This document shows positions 38,101 through 50,800 of a DNA stretch of 64,000 nucleotides, in pieces; the first letter of the stretch is position 1; every line of letters begins with the position of its first letter. The stretch lies in the NCBI GenBank assembly GCA_002633005.1, contig NMRA01000198.1:70045-134044 (forward strand). The letters are read 5' to 3'. Position numbers and translations under genes: made by a program. The notes beneath the pieces are model-generated. The model did no database searches. It was not told where the DNA came from and saw only the letters and a program-made list of their open reading frames with translations. The DNA is from Phoronis australis. Lineage: Eukaryota > Animalia > Phoronida.

Positions 38101-38263
38101 AGATGCTACCCGATATACAATTTTCTATCGAAAAAATCACAAATTAAATTCAATGCTGTGCAGAAGCTCTTACCACATGCTGCTCGTTGTTTGGCTTCCC
38201 GTAGTTGGAACGAGATAAACCTTTCAGGGACGGCTGTAACGTGCTTCCCACGGGGGCTGCCAT
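20128..38263 (-). CDS. POLR1B: DNA-directed RNA polymerase I subunit RPA2, N-terminal ~413 codons in 13 exons (3' part not in window)
   Basis: Exons (plus coordinates): 38174-38263 [30 protein letters not shown]; 30927-31004 [26 protein letters not shown]; 30483-30542 NIPPVEFAL..; 29054-29128 ..VFPAE; 28545-28661 [16 protein letters not shown]; 28163-28228 SNVCNL..HGEEAE; 26299-26373 [25 protein letters not shown]; 25265-25363; 24250-24345 [10 protein letters not shown]..; 23852-23928; 23164-23310; 21923-22094 [20 protein letters not shown]; 20128-20215 EKIEVWL. All introns are GT-AG with consistent phases, colinear with the recalled POLR1B sequence. Confidence 0.95.
20555..21105. mobile_element. 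Penelope-like retroelement 3' ends arranged as a ~520-bp palindrome
   Basis: 20590-21108 is an inverted repeat centred near 20850. One arm encodes the GIY-YIG C-terminal pattern [11 protein letters not shown]...LPPMYSNIL followed by TTGATAAAGACCTGG-CGGA-CCAGGTCGAAACGTC. A 13-bp direct repeat ATGATTCACTGAT flanks it (20542-20554 and 21106-21118). Confidence 0.8.
21024..21057 (+). ncRNA. Minimal hammerhead ribozyme motif (U3-A8 core variant) of a Penelope-like element; mirror copy on minus strand at 20641-20674
   Basis: UUGAUAA-A + 7-bp stem II (GACCUGG/CCAGGUC) + GAAAC-GUC. C3U/G8A is a compensatory change of the C3-G8 core pair. Stem I is very short. Confidence 0.55.
22308..22930. repeat. 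39-bp minisatellite (CATAATAAAAYACTAGACYTGATAATGGGTCTACGAACG), partly duplicated across the n at 22759
   Basis: Visible tandem units; explains the 13-aa-periodic ORFs at 22297-22889. Confidence 0.93.
24672..24950. repeat. 39-bp minisatellite (TTCATAGCAAGGTGTAACCACGCATGAAATAATGTGGTA) x7
   Basis: Nearly perfect tandem units; explains the [13 protein letters not shown] repeat ORF. Confidence 0.95.
27841..28180. repeat. ~103-bp tandem repeat that includes the POLR1B exon 6 splice donor
   Basis: TCAATCATTCTTA recurs at ~27843, 27946, 28050 and 28149; the last copy is the true exon 6/intron 6 boundary. Confidence 0.85.
31443..33163 (-). mobile_element. Second full HINE-like copy, in POLR1B intron 1
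   Basis: ACAAGAG-CAACGCgaaGCGTTG hairpin (31451-31465), TGCGCCCAC...GTGGGTGCA subterminal repeats, GGAC/GACG microsatellite and the same subrepeats as 7648-9356. Fragments also at ~11900-12700, ~17900-18120, ~21340-21900 and ~29460-29700. Confidence 0.7.
33896..34482. mobile_element. MITE with long terminal inverted repeats; truncated copy at ~5004-5330
   Basis: GGGACTAGATATTCCACGGG..CACTTCAGCC..CAAACACAAAA versus TTTTGTGTTTG..GGCTGAAGTG..CCCATGGAATTTCTAGTCCC. Confidence 0.8.
35980..36223. other. Assembly gap (N run)
   Basis: Run of n characters. Confidence 0.99.
37525..37725 (-). mobile_element. tRNA-derived SINE
   Basis: Minus strand GAGCTGAATGGTTAGC (A box-like) ... GGTTCGATCCC (B box), followed by ~130 nt of non-tRNA body and a T/A-rich tail. 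No clean cloverleaf. Confidence 0.6.
37766..38010. mobile_element. Foldback (whole-length palindromic) MITE
   Basis: AGGACCTCGCTAAAAAGCAAGACTTCACGAGATTACGTG ... CACGTAATCTCGTGAAGTCTTGCTTTTTAGTGAGGTCCT, centred on TGAACGCACGCC-A-GGCGTGCGTTCA. A decayed relative lies at ~45870-46110. Confidence 0.85.
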
Positions 38264-38315
38264 GTTAGCATGGTTAGTTGTTTTCCGGTTTAGTTTTAGT
38301 TTCCGTTTCCGTTTA
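38255..38315 (-). promoter_or_regulatory. POLR1B start region with housekeeping-type motifs
   Basis: AACATGGCAGC (YY1-like) overlaps the ATG at 38263, and CCGGAA/CGGAA (ETS-like) repeats lie at ~38283-38311. No TATA box seen. Motif inference only. Confidence 0.4.
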
Positions 38316-38996
38316 TTCTGATATAGGTCAACTTCGAGAAGTTTTGCAGCTGTTAGTTCGAAGTTCGTTGGCGATAGTGACCAGTGTCTCCAAGAGGACC
38401 CTATGACGTGTGAAATCTTTGTAGACAAACCAAAAACGTGCCCACCTATTTCCCCAGAACTTATTACACCACAGCTACACTCAACAGCAAGTGAGATTGA
38501 AAGATTCCATGGATGGGTAACTTGGGCCATGGCAAATGACTGAAATGGGGCGAAGCTGTACTCTGTCTCTGGAGCATGAAAATATTAAAACCAATAGTAA
38601 CTTAATACAAACAGTAGCAGTTGTTTGCCTCTATTTCCCAATGTTCACATGATGACACTGACTGGCATACACAAACTTATAGGCTGTGGCCTTGGCTGGT
38701 TGGAGGCAGAATGCAGTGGTGGCTAGCAAGTTAGGTTCAGACTTCTGGACATATGTCAGATCCGGTTTTGGTCTGAGGATATGGTATGTGCGAGGGCACC
38801 GACCAGGAGCAGGGCAGTTGAATAGTCGTGACATCTCTGATGAAAAGTGTCAAAAAATGATTCAAATGCTAAGAGGTGAGGAGGGGTCAGTCGGCCTGGT
38901 CAGTTTTCCCAAAATCAAGTCGTGGATTGGAAACGAGCATATCCGCCTGCCATTGGTTCGAATATCACTGACAGGCTGGCTATTCCCACAAGAAGG

Positions 38997-40260
38997 TACT
39001 GTAAACTCGCGGGTTAACGCCCTGGGCACTTAAATTAGAAAACCGTTAGAAAGGGGGTGGGCCATTACCCAAGCAGTGGGCACTTAAACGAAAAATTTGC
39101 CAAAAAATCAGGGGTGGGCAATTACCCAAGCAGTGGCCACTTACGTCCAAGTTTTAGCCGAACTGGGCAAGCTTGGGAATTTTTCATTCGAGCACGGAAC
39201 TTGTATGTTTGGTTAAATAGCAGGACCTGGCAACCACATCGTGCTGCAAAATGTCATACCACGGAGCTTGAATGTCATTTCTCTTAGTATACCGTATCAG
39301 CAAGCACTGTTTCAGATCAGTGAATGGGACAACATGTCGTTTCCAGTGCCATTGTATTGTAAGTGTTTTTCGTACGACTGTGTTTAGTTGTAACCCTTCT
39401 GGTCCCATCTCGTTGTTGTTAATGTCATCTGAGCATTAAACCCGATAAACTTTTGTTCACGGTTTAGATTATCTGTGGCAGCATTAAAAACACGGACTAC
39501 TCATTCATAACTGACACAAACCTTTTGCAATTACAATGAGAGGGGAGGGTGAGTTGATCCAGGAAATAGGCTATCAAATCACGTGGTCTCTGTGTGCAAT
39601 TACAATGAGAGGGGGTTAAATTAATTGCTCAATTCAAATATGTGTCAAACCCAGCAAAATCAAGTTCTCCATCTGAACATACTTGGCGATGTTTCAAAGT
39701 TGTACCTGTTCTCGCCAAACACTCAAAAAAATTTGATCTGCTGAAATCGAAAAAGCATCGAAATGGTGTCTGAAACAAAAAATTTAAACCAGGTAATTCG
39801 AAAACCTGTCACCTAGACAAACCTCAGTATGTGACAACCACGACGTCGTATGTTTTATCTCGTAGTAGACTAGCGACACTTCTATAGGCCTATATTTATT
39901 TAACAAAAGGTCAGTCGATAAGTTTAAAAAATCTGGTTGCAGCGCTTGAGTTATTCCACTAACGCGGGCAGAAAAATATACTTTTCAAGACAATTGTGTG
40001 CAAGTGTAAGCTTGTGTTTCCGCAAACACAGAAGTTTGAGCCCTAGGCGAAGCGGTGAACAAAAGCATTGGTTTGAGTGCAAGTTCTCTAAGCGGTATGT
40101 TGGGGATTGGTGATTACATGAGAGGTGAACGTTTACGTGGAAATTAGCACAAAGTAGGGGATGGGCATTACTGAAGCAGTGGGCGCTTAAACTGAAACTT
40201 GACCGAAAGTCAGGATGGGCGATTACACGGGCATGGGCATTAACCCGCGAGTTTCCTGTA
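38997..40260. mobile_element. Non-autonomous Tc1/mariner-superfamily-like DNA transposon (TA-flanked, TIRs)
   Basis: TA-CTGTAAACTCGCGGGTTAA at the left and TTAACCCGCGAGTTTCCTG-TA at the right; subterminal GGGCA(A/T)TTAC..AAGCAGTGGGC repeats at both ends. Confidence 0.75.
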
Positions 40261-41689
40261 ATTGACATGGAACATCTGACTGTGATAATGATGAATCTTG
40301 TAGTTTTGATTATGTGCTTTTGTTATACATGTGTTTTAAACAGTTACGCCACCACCAAATTGTATGACCACTAACTAAAAGGTACATGTGAATATCTATT
40401 ATTTGTATTTATGCATGTGAATTGTTTTGATAGGCTGTAGCTTCATCCATCATGCAGTCTGTCCTCAACGTCGTCAAAGCAAGAGGAGTCAGCAGCATAC
40501 GTCATGTCCAAGCAACATTGTCTATGTCATCTGCACACAGGTACTTTATTGCAGCAGAATTCTTGGATTCAAATGCAAAGATGTTTCTTTACTTACAAGT
40601 CAGTTTAATGTCCAACAAAATACTGTAAATTTTTTATGGCAGTTTGATGTGTGTGTCTAAGAGTTATACTACACACCTGCATAAATTTGTCACTGTCTTA
40701 CCAACATACTTGGAGTAAAAAATAACAAGTGAAGTAAATTCTGAATGTAACTAACCTATACCTTTTACCGACAGCTTTGATGATGCAATTTCCTTATTTG
40801 TGTGTGCATTTAGGAGTTACTGGTGCATACCTGAATAAGATAGATTTTAGATTAACAGTTTCTGGTACAATATTGATTGCTTGATAATGCATCAAAACTC
40901 TGCATTCTGGGAAATTAGTAGAATACCAGTATGTGAAATTGGCCGATTGGAATCGCTAAATGATGTACTTGGGGTTGTGAACTTGACCTCAAGCAACTTG
41001 AAGAAACTGACTGGAAGTGCATGCATGCATTTATCATAAGTGACAGACATTAGAAACTCTGTGGTAACCACAGTTTTCCTTCACGTGTATCATTCAGAAT
41101 CGTGAATTTTGTGATTTTTTTCTGAAAATTTTCTCTCATGTTCAAGTGAAATGCTCTACTAGACATCAGCAATTGACCTATCGCAAGCTCCGCCCCCTTG
41201 CGTAATGTTGATTAACAAACAATAAGTTTTACCCGGCAACGTGTTGTTTGTCAGGTAAAATGGCAGCTTGGAAACGAAGGTGTGTCAGCAATGATGAGTT
41301 CTAAAGGGTCAGTTAAGCCGTCTCTCAAAATCCTGGTGATAGGTCAATTGTTGACGAAGATTCACTTGCCTCTTTAAAGAGAAGTGGAAATTTGTCCCAT
41401 AATCGGAAATTCATAATTATAACATATTTTGCTGATTTCTTGATTTTGTTGTGTACTGTTTAACTTCTGATTTTCTTCGTTTCCAGCTGCGTTGCTGTAT
41501 GGACAAGTCTTCAAGGTTACGACACTCACGCTTCTGATGTTTTCAAATGGGTACCTAAAAATGCTAGTTCTTTGGCTCTTGAATATAATCAAGTAAGAAA
41601 ACACATATTTATGGTCCCTAAATTTTCAATACACATTGAGAAAAATATTTTGTACAATTTTATAGACCCCTAGAGTTGTAGATTTCGAA

Positions 41690-42500
41690 AGCGATTGCGT
41701 ATTAGAATATTTGGGACTTCAGTTGCGGCCTCAGTTATGCTAGCTTTTTGCTTCTCACAGTTAACCAAGTTAAGGATTATGTGTTTTTGTCTTCAAGGCT
41801 TTCATTAGACATTATGAATATGTTACGTACCAAGTTTCGTATATGGACGCCAACTATTGTAGATTTTGAAAGCGATTTTGGTTTGAATATGTAGTAAAAT
41901 TTGTGCAAATTTCATTATTGGCCACTAGTCATGATAGCTTTTTGCTTCTCACAGTTAACCAAGTTAAGGATTATGTGTTTTTGTCTTCAAGGCTTTCATT
42001 AGACATGATGACTATGTACTGTACCAACTTTCGCTGGTGTGCTCCAAAAATTGTAGATTTTGAAAGAGATTTTGGTTTGAATATGTAGTAAAATTTGTGC
42101 GAATTTCATTATTGGCCCCAGTCATGATAGCTTTTTGCTTCTCACAGTTAACCAAGTTAAGGAACATGTGTTTTTGTCTCCAAGACTTTCATTAGACATG
42201 ATGAATATGTACTGTACCAACTTTCGCGGATGTGCTCCCAGAATTGTAGATTTTGAAAACGATTTTGGTTTGAATACATAGTAAAATTTGTGCGAATTTC
42301 ATTATTGGCCCTAGTGGTTCTAGCCTTTTGGCTCTCTAAGGTAATCAAGTTAAGGAACATGTGTTTTTGTCTCCAAGACTTTCATTAGACATGATGATAT
42401 GCTCTAAAAATGAAGATTTTGAAAGCGATTTTGGTCTAAGTTTGTACAAAAATATTTACAAATTCTAGCTGTGGTCCCATTCATGCTAGATGTTTGGCTT
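41690..42500. repeat. ~190-bp tandem repeat (about 4 units)
   Basis: GCTTTTTGCTTCTCACAGTTAACCAAGTTAAGGA..TGTGTTTTTGTCT recurs at ~41743, 41937, 42130 and, degenerate, 42323. Confidence 0.88.
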
Positions 42501-44223
42501 TCATATCTTATCAAGTTATAGAACACCTCCTGTTTTCTTGTAAAATATTTATTGACTTCTCAATAAATGAAAACTTGCCTGAGCATGTTTCACTGCCAAC
42601 CAATAAACTTATAGGTAATAAAAAGTTTTATTGGGATTCTTTGGTGAATCAACTTAACCTCCACACAGAAAATTGAGGGATAATAATTCTTTAACTTGAA
42701 TAATGTCACACAACATTTCTAGGTACGGTCCATTTCGTTTATGGGCCTTCAAAGAATTCTGGACTCAGAAAAGTCAGTTATCTTTACAATGCTCTGAGAT
42801 AATTCCTTGAAGGACATGTTTAAACTGGATTGATAACCCGAAAATAAATAAGTGGGAAACATTGAATATTGAGCCAAAATCGATGGAATATCACTAATTT
42901 AGGGGTCTACAATAGTGCAGTGTTTAAATATACACTCACACACACCCACATATAAATAAAGAGTAGGTCCCTATGCTTTCGTTTTATGAAGAAAAAACAA
43001 GCGTCAGTTCCAGTCCTTCTGGCGCCAGCCAGAGTAAAATCACATTTGGGTACGTTGAAGTATTTTCAGTTTGACGTTATTAGCGATTTACATCAGGCCG
43101 GTAGGCTGACAATTTTCCAGCAGGAGACGTCTCGCGCAAAATAAGTATGAAAACGAAATATCCGTGATCAACCAAGAATACAAAATCAAGCTTTTTTGCA
43201 AAAACGTTTAATTAAAATTAGGATACTAAATTCTCAAGTTTTGCGAAAAATACCAAGGCCTTCAATTTCTTTGTTCAAGAAATAACGTTTAATTAAAAAT
43301 AGGATACTGAATTCTCATGTTTTGCGAAAGATACAAAGGCCTTCAATTTCTTTGGTCAAGAAATAATTTTCTTCGACATTTTTTGTCTTTGCGAATTCTC
43401 AAGATTGTTAACTTGTTTTTTATAAGGTTTGATAGGCACCTTATTTCAATTCACGCAGGATACTCGTTCGTCTTGTTCCCGCATGAAGTAAGTAAGTCCT
43501 ACTACCTATATTTTTGCAAGTTCCTTGATATACAACACTATGGAATATAACAGACTAAAAATAGTCTTGTTTATCAAGGATTGATCTCAGGCATTTTAGG
43601 AGCGCTCCACGCGCTCAGGGCGCATTCAAAGATTTGTAATCTGCGAATTCAGTTTCCTTAGCAAGGAAGTGTAAATATTCTACTACAATTTTTACCCATT
43701 GTAGCTGTGATGGTCCATTTTTCCCACGGCGTTTGATTTTGTAAAATGATCTTGGAGTTTTTAATACTTTTCCTGATTCTCGCTAATTATTTCGCTTGCT
43801 GGAGCTTTCCTAAACCGATTTTGAAAATTTCCCTTTTTCCGAATCTTATGAACCGAATTTCCTGGAAAAAACAAGGTTTCCAATTTCTGTGTTTTCTTTT
43901 AGTGAACATTTTTGTAAGACTTTCCTGAAAGATGCGTTTGATGATGTAGGAACGCTATTTCACACAGGACACCTATTTTCTCCGGGATCATCGCCTTCGG
44001 TCTTACAGGTGGGCGTCGATTATTTTAACTTATTACGTATCACAACAAATGATAATGCCTTACTGGGAATATACCCAACCGAGTATTTTTACCCATTCGA
44101 GTATTTCTGACATGTTTCTGATAATCTGTGCGAAAGATAACAGGACCGTTTCTTCTGGTCGTCACCAGCTTAGCGCCGTCCACAGTCGTCACCAATTTCG
44201 CGCTGCTCAGTCTCCCTCAGTCA

Positions 44224-44435
44224 NNNNNNNNNNNNNNNNNNNNNNNNNNNNNNNNNNNNNNNNNNNNNNNNNNNNNNNNNNNNNNNNNNNNNNNNNNNNN
44301 NNNNNNNNNNNNNNNNNNNNNNNNNNNNNNNNNNNNNNNNNNNNNNNNNNNNNNNNNNNNNNNNNNNNNNNNNNNNNNNNNNNNNNNNNNNNNNNNNNNN
44401 NNNNNNNNNNNNNNNNNNNNNNNNNNNNNNNNNNN
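44224..44435. other. Assembly gap (N run)
   Basis: Run of n characters. Confidence 0.99.
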
Positions 44436-47400
44436 ATTGACGACCTGAAAAGAAAAACGAAAGCATTCAATTTGGGACAGCGTGAACTCATGAAGGACGT
44501 AAACCAGGCAATTCAAGAACCGGTCTACTGTTTATGTACTTAATTTCTTTCTTAATATGTACTTAACCAATTACAATCCATCTATGTCGACCGTTTTCAT
44601 TTCATTGCGTCATATATTTGCTACAGTTACGGAAAATAGTTCTTCCCACAGGTCTCTGCTGGTGGACACTACCCACTTCTTAAAGTTTGAACATTCGCGA
44701 GTTTACTGAAGTCTCATTATAAGTACAGAAATGTTGTTGAAGAATAACAGTGACTACCTGAAGAGGGGAATACGTAACAAAATAAAATATGGAAACACCA
44801 AACAAAAATCAAAACAACACTTACCTGTTGCAATAACGCCTTAAACGCGAAGGTACTGACCGCCTTGCAAGAACGGAATGTTAGTTGAACATGTTAGTAG
44901 AACAAAACTGTCTCAATGAAATTTCCATGGTTTACAGGTTAAAGAAGGTCCACCGTAGATTTCAGTTAAATAAGTCCAGCAGAATATGTGCCCAATCTTA
45001 AATTTTTCCCTAAAATATACCTGGGATGCATATCTGAGAATTAAAATGCATGCTTGAAATCTAAAAATAATGCTATCCCCACTAGGATATAATTAGGGTG
45101 AGCTACAGTATTTATACTGTGTTCGTGTATTCGGCGTTGCTGAGTATAGGCCCTGGTGTATTTTTACATAAGACGTTTGGTTTCCTAACTTATATACGGA
45201 AATCGCTGGTAATACTTCCCAAAATTATTTACCCTTGCTGCAAGTAAGGCATCACCTCAGGTAAAATAGAACAATAATAATTAGCAATGTAACAGTCATC
45301 TCTTTCGAATCAAACACAATTAAACACAATTACAGCTGAAATGCCTCTAAAACTATCTTAAGTAAAACAAAAAGCATGGTCTATAGTTTAAGATCAGGCG
45401 TTTTTTGTCTCAAAACTATCAACTGAAGTCGGTGACATGGATAAGAAGACAAGGTCCTGTGGAAAGTATATTATGGAACTCCGGGTCGGAAGCACCTATC
45501 AGGGTCCAGGCCCGTTGCATGGGACTCCAAGTCCTGTATTCTTGTTAGCCTACCCCTAGGACCATAAGTAGCAACGACTACCAAATCTGATTCAACTGAC
45601 TTGTCATTTTTCGAAATGATTGGTGGAGGATTTTCTTAGTAGCCGCACCTGAGACAGAGAGTGCCACTGGGTCCCGGTGTCCTTGTCGGGATTCATCTTA
45701 ATTTCGGGACACCATGGAGTCCAGGTTGTTATACCTCAGACGCTACAGGGCGCGAATTAACACGACCACAAGTTCACAGATAGGTGGACTGATGTGCAAG
45801 CAAAATTGGGTCGCCGCAAGTTCAATCTTTTTTAGGTTTACATAGGGGTAAAGCTCGTAACGCTATGACTTCGCTAAAAAGCAAAAATTCATGAAATTAA
45901 GTGATGTATTGTTTATTTTAATTGAAAGCGCGATTTTGGCTAGATTTTTGTATTTCCCAAGACAGCTACTGAACTATACCCTAGTCTGCGTCCAGGGGCG
46001 CAAGGGTGAGAATCTCACAAGCACACTAGACAGAAGACTTCGAGACGTATGGTAAGGCATTGCAAGAGAAATACACGATCAAACTATCTTCTTTAGCGAG
46101 ATTCTTGCATCTGCGATGCTTATCAGAGAGCAACAGAGAATTTGTAAGGGCAATAAAACGTGATTACGTGGATGTACATTAGTTTTTGATATGTGCACCG
46201 GCACTGACTTAAACAACATAGGGCAGGGATGCAATTTCTTTGCGTGTGCGCCGCGCGCCTTTCGATCTGAGTGCTGGGCCTTGCACTATGTTTGATTTGC
46301 AACCAGCTTTATTTTGGCTCCGTCTCATTCGGCTGCTGCTGTTCACTATCTACACTACTTTGAACGCGCGATATCCCAAGGACAGATTTGGCTGTAGCCT
46401 AGCTATTGTGTATGGGGGCCTAAACAAAAAATATTTTTCATCGCGTCAAGGATAAAATCCGGACACGTCGACGGGAGATTTTAGCCACTGACAAGGGCAT
46501 TTGTAAAGGCCAGGACGTTTTAAAAATAAAAACTTTTCGTAAACACGCAAGTTGATGTCAGGCGTGCAAGTTCAATGTCACAGTCGGAAGTCGAACAGCA
46601 CGGTTTAATTATACCAGAGCACAAGTTACGCTACAACGAAAAACTGCAGCCTTCAGTGTATTTCCCATTTGTATTTTCATCGGAAATTTTCGTCATACGG
46701 GACTCGGTGATTCTTTTCATAGCTAAAGCGCCAAACACAAGCTAAACGCAAGACAATCGAGTAACGGTCGTGACATCGTCAAGACAAGGTAAAAATTACA
46801 AAGCCCGTTACACCGATTCTCGGATTCAAGCCTTTATAGAGAAGTAATCATCCGTTGAACGCTTTACTGACACGGGAGTTGCGTCGATCCCAAATTAGCG
46901 TTTCTAAAATTGTCCTTGGCCGAAAGTCACGGACAAAAATTCGACGTTGATGACATTGTCCGAAATTCGAGGATCATTGAAAAACAATTTTGGACCTTGT
47001 ACGAATTTCGTGGACTATGAAAAACTCATTTCGGAAATATTTATTCTTGGTCGAAAATGGCGGGCCGGTCGAAAATGGCGGGCCGTCCGAAAATCGCGCG
47101 ACTTTACCGTAGTACGTACATTGATATCTGATCAGCTGGTGGGAATTTCTTGTCAGTAGTGGATTATTGGTTTCCTTTAAGCCAATCTGCAACTCGTTGC
47201 TGCAAGAGTAGAATTGAGCCTATTGTTTGAGTACTTCAAGTATGTCATTCATAGAGGCTATGAACAACGACATGATTTCTGAAATATTAATGCTGTGCAC
47301 AAATGTGACTCAACCTATTCATGACAACATTTCCCACAATTCCTTACCCGGCACACTTGGGTGCTGTGTTTGGTGATATGGAGGCACGTGTCAAAGAGTT

Positions 47401-47871
47401 AAAGCACCAGCACTCATGGGTTAGGATCCATTACTATGGCGTCAGTATCCACAAGATCTCATCCGATGAAGACTTCACCTGTTGGATCGTTAGGTTTCAC
47501 AGGCTATCAGTTCGAACCGGAATACACTGATCAAGAAATACTAGAGAGGCGCCTTGAACATGCACAGGCTACGGAGCGTATGGATAGTTCTTTGGTAAGC
47601 CGAAATTCGTCAGAGAAATCACTGTCGACGAAATGTCGGCCACAGACACAGAGATGTTTCACGGCTTCATACTTGCGTACCTTTCTTTCTTCACTACCGC
47701 GAGCCACTTCCTAAGCACTTCGGGCTCTCAAGGAAGTCGAAAAATGATATATCCGCTTTCTTCGCAACTTCATAGTTTGGACAAGCGGGAACGATGCACC
47801 GCAATATAGCGGCATTCAATTTGCAGACGAACCACTGACGTCGCTGCGTCTATTCTCACCTTCCTCACAGG

Positions 47872-50800
47872 TTAAAGGAGAATGCCACCCGAATTAATTA
47901 GTCTTTTTTGCCGTCTTAGTCGATCTATATCCACATGGCCTCGCATACGGTCGACCTTGCCTTGCCAAGAGGTGTAGCGTTAATCTGTGAGGAAGGTGAG
48001 AAACGACGCTAGCGACGTCAGTGGTTCATGGCAGAGTGAATGCCGCTATGTTGCGGTGCATCTTTCCCGCTTGTCCGAAGTAAGCAGTTGCGAGAAAAGC
48101 GGGTATATCGTTTTTAATTCCTCGAGAGTCCGAAATGCTTAGGAAGTGGCTCATGGTAGTGATGAATGAAATGTACGCTGTAAATAGCAAGTATGAGGCC
48201 GTGAAACATCTTCGTGTTTGTGGCCTGCAGACGTCGACAGTGCCTGACGAATGCCGGCTTACCAAATAACTCCATACGTTCCGTTCAGTGTCTGAGCTTG
48301 CTCACGGCGCCTCTCTAGTATTTCTTCATCACTGTATTCCTGTTCGAATTGATAGCCTGTAAAACTTAACGATCCACCTGCGAACTCGGGACTGATGAGT
48401 ACTAGCTCCTCTTAAGTCGGCCCGTTGATTGCGAGATGCCATGTTGGCGTTTATTACTGAGCGTTCTGTTTCAAAATGAATTATTCTCACCCTAACCAAT
48501 ACTTATATAAAACTGAAACAAAGTCTGTCTCATTAGATGCAATTTGTAATGCCTTTGGAGTGTTCGTGAGTGCAAATAATTTGAGAAGCCAGCAATGAAT
48601 GAATCACTGCGCTACCGGCTTTAGCTGCAATAAAACTAATTGACGGGACACCGAGGCCGTGTGAGCTCATGCTAGTTTAGTGTTTGCTGGCAGAAACTGT
48701 TGTGAAACAACTCGATTTCCATCCCACGGCCAGGTGTTAAGGGAATCTTTATTTACATGTACAGTACTCAAATAATCATTGTCAATGTACAACTTCTGTC
48801 CTGACGGTGCTGTGGCCAAAGCGGAACCTGAATTCGCGGCGCCCGACGAGTAAGTAGATTTGCAGTTTCGTGGCTAATTCGCCAACATAATCACGTGCAC
48901 ATGACTTTGGCTCGCTAGCATAGTATTTCATTGACTGGAAGTTTAGTTTCCACTGAACTTTGGCTGGTTTATGTTCGTGATGTCTGATCAGTTTCCGAGC
49001 CACTGGAGGGGATAACGAGTCAATCTAGCCACCCGTGACGGGCCTGATCGGGCTCCGAGCCATTGGCCAGGATAACAATTGTTTTGTGTTAAGAACTCAA
49101 AAAATCACAAGTCTAAACAACACAGATCTAGGTTCTCCTGTCTGTATCTCACGGAAAATACTTCGAAGTTATCTCCGAACAGACCCCAAACTCCTGCTAC
49201 GCGGGGACCTTATTGGCCTGCCGAATTTTGTAGGTTACGGTGCCACAGTGTGTCCAAATACCAATAAATCGTTAAGAGCGAAATAAAACAACACGTTTTT
49301 ATAAGAATTCGGTGTGTTTTTTAATGATTTTACATCGAAGTTTGATGATTTATTGGTGTTAAACGATGACTTCAAGCGATAAGCTGACACCAGTAACCCG
49401 TGTTGTGAACTGCTGAACAGACTGCGTGTGAAACCGATGACGTCATTGCATAATTTCAACACCTCCGTCTGCCGTCAGGTGTCAGGTAACGCAACCGTAC
49501 GTGTCGTTATGGAGTAGAACTACTCGATCTAAACTGATACAAATTAGGTTGTTTTTTGGGTGGCATGCTCCTTTAACGCGACACCTCTCGTANTGTATTC
49601 CTGTTCGAATTGATAGCCTGTAAAACTTAACGATCCACCTGCGAACTCGGGACTGATGAGTACTAGCTCGTCCTAAGTCGGCCCGGGGATTGCGAGATGC
49701 CATGTTGGCTTTTATTACTGAGCGTTCTGTTTCAAAATGAATTATTCTCACCCTAACCAATACTTATGTAAAACTGAAACAAAGTCTGTCTCATTAGATG
49801 CAATTTGTAATGCCTTTGGAGTGTTCGTGAGTGCAAATAATTTGAGAAGCCAGCAATGAATGAATCACTGCGCTACCGGCTTTAGCTGCAATAAAACTAA
49901 TTGACGGTACACCGAGGCCGTGTGAGCTCATGCTAGTTTAGTGTTTGCTGGCAGAAACTGTTGTGAAACAACTCGATTTCCATCCCACGGCCAGGTGTTA
50001 GGGGAATCTTTATTTACATTTACAGTACTCAAATAATCATTGTCAATGTACAACTTCTGTCCTGACGGTGCTGTGGCCAAAGCAACCTGAATTCGCGGCG
50101 CCCGACGAGTAAGTAGATTTGCAGTTTCGTGGCTAATTCACCAACATAATCACGTGCACATGACTTTGGCTCGCTAGCATAGTATTTCATTGACTGGAAG
50201 TTTAGTTTCCACTGAACTTTGGCTGGTTTATGTTCGTGATGTCTGATCAGTTTCCGAGCCACTGGCCGGGATAACGAGTCAATCCAGCCGGCCGTTACGG
50301 GCCTGATCGGGCTCCGAGCCATTGGCCAGGATAACAATTGTTTTGTGTTAAGAACTCAAAAAATCACAAGTCTAAACAACACAGATCTAGGTTCTCCTGT
50401 CTGAATCTCACGGAAAATACTTTGAAATTATCTCCGAACAGACCCCAAACGCCTGCTACGCGGGGACCTTATTGGCCTGCCGAATTTTGTAGGCTACGGT
50501 GCCACAGTGTGTCCAAATACCAATAAATCGTTAAGAGCGAAATAAAACAACACGTTTTTATAAGAATTCGGTGTGTTTTTAATGATTTTACATCGAAGTT
50601 TGATGATTTATTGGTGTTAAACGATGACTTCAAGCGATAAGCTGACACTAGTAACCCGTGTTGTGAACTGCTGAACAGACTGCGTGTGAAACCGATGACG
50701 TCATTGCATAATTTCAACACCTCCGTCTGCCGTCAGGTGTCAGGTAACGCAACCGTACGTGTCGTTATGGAGCAGAACTACTCGATCTAAACTGATACAA

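Noticed and set aside
43100-44543. Possible decayed coding or viral/retroelement sequence flanking the N gap
   Set aside because: No recognisable motif or sustained ORF on either strand; a product cannot be assigned without a search.
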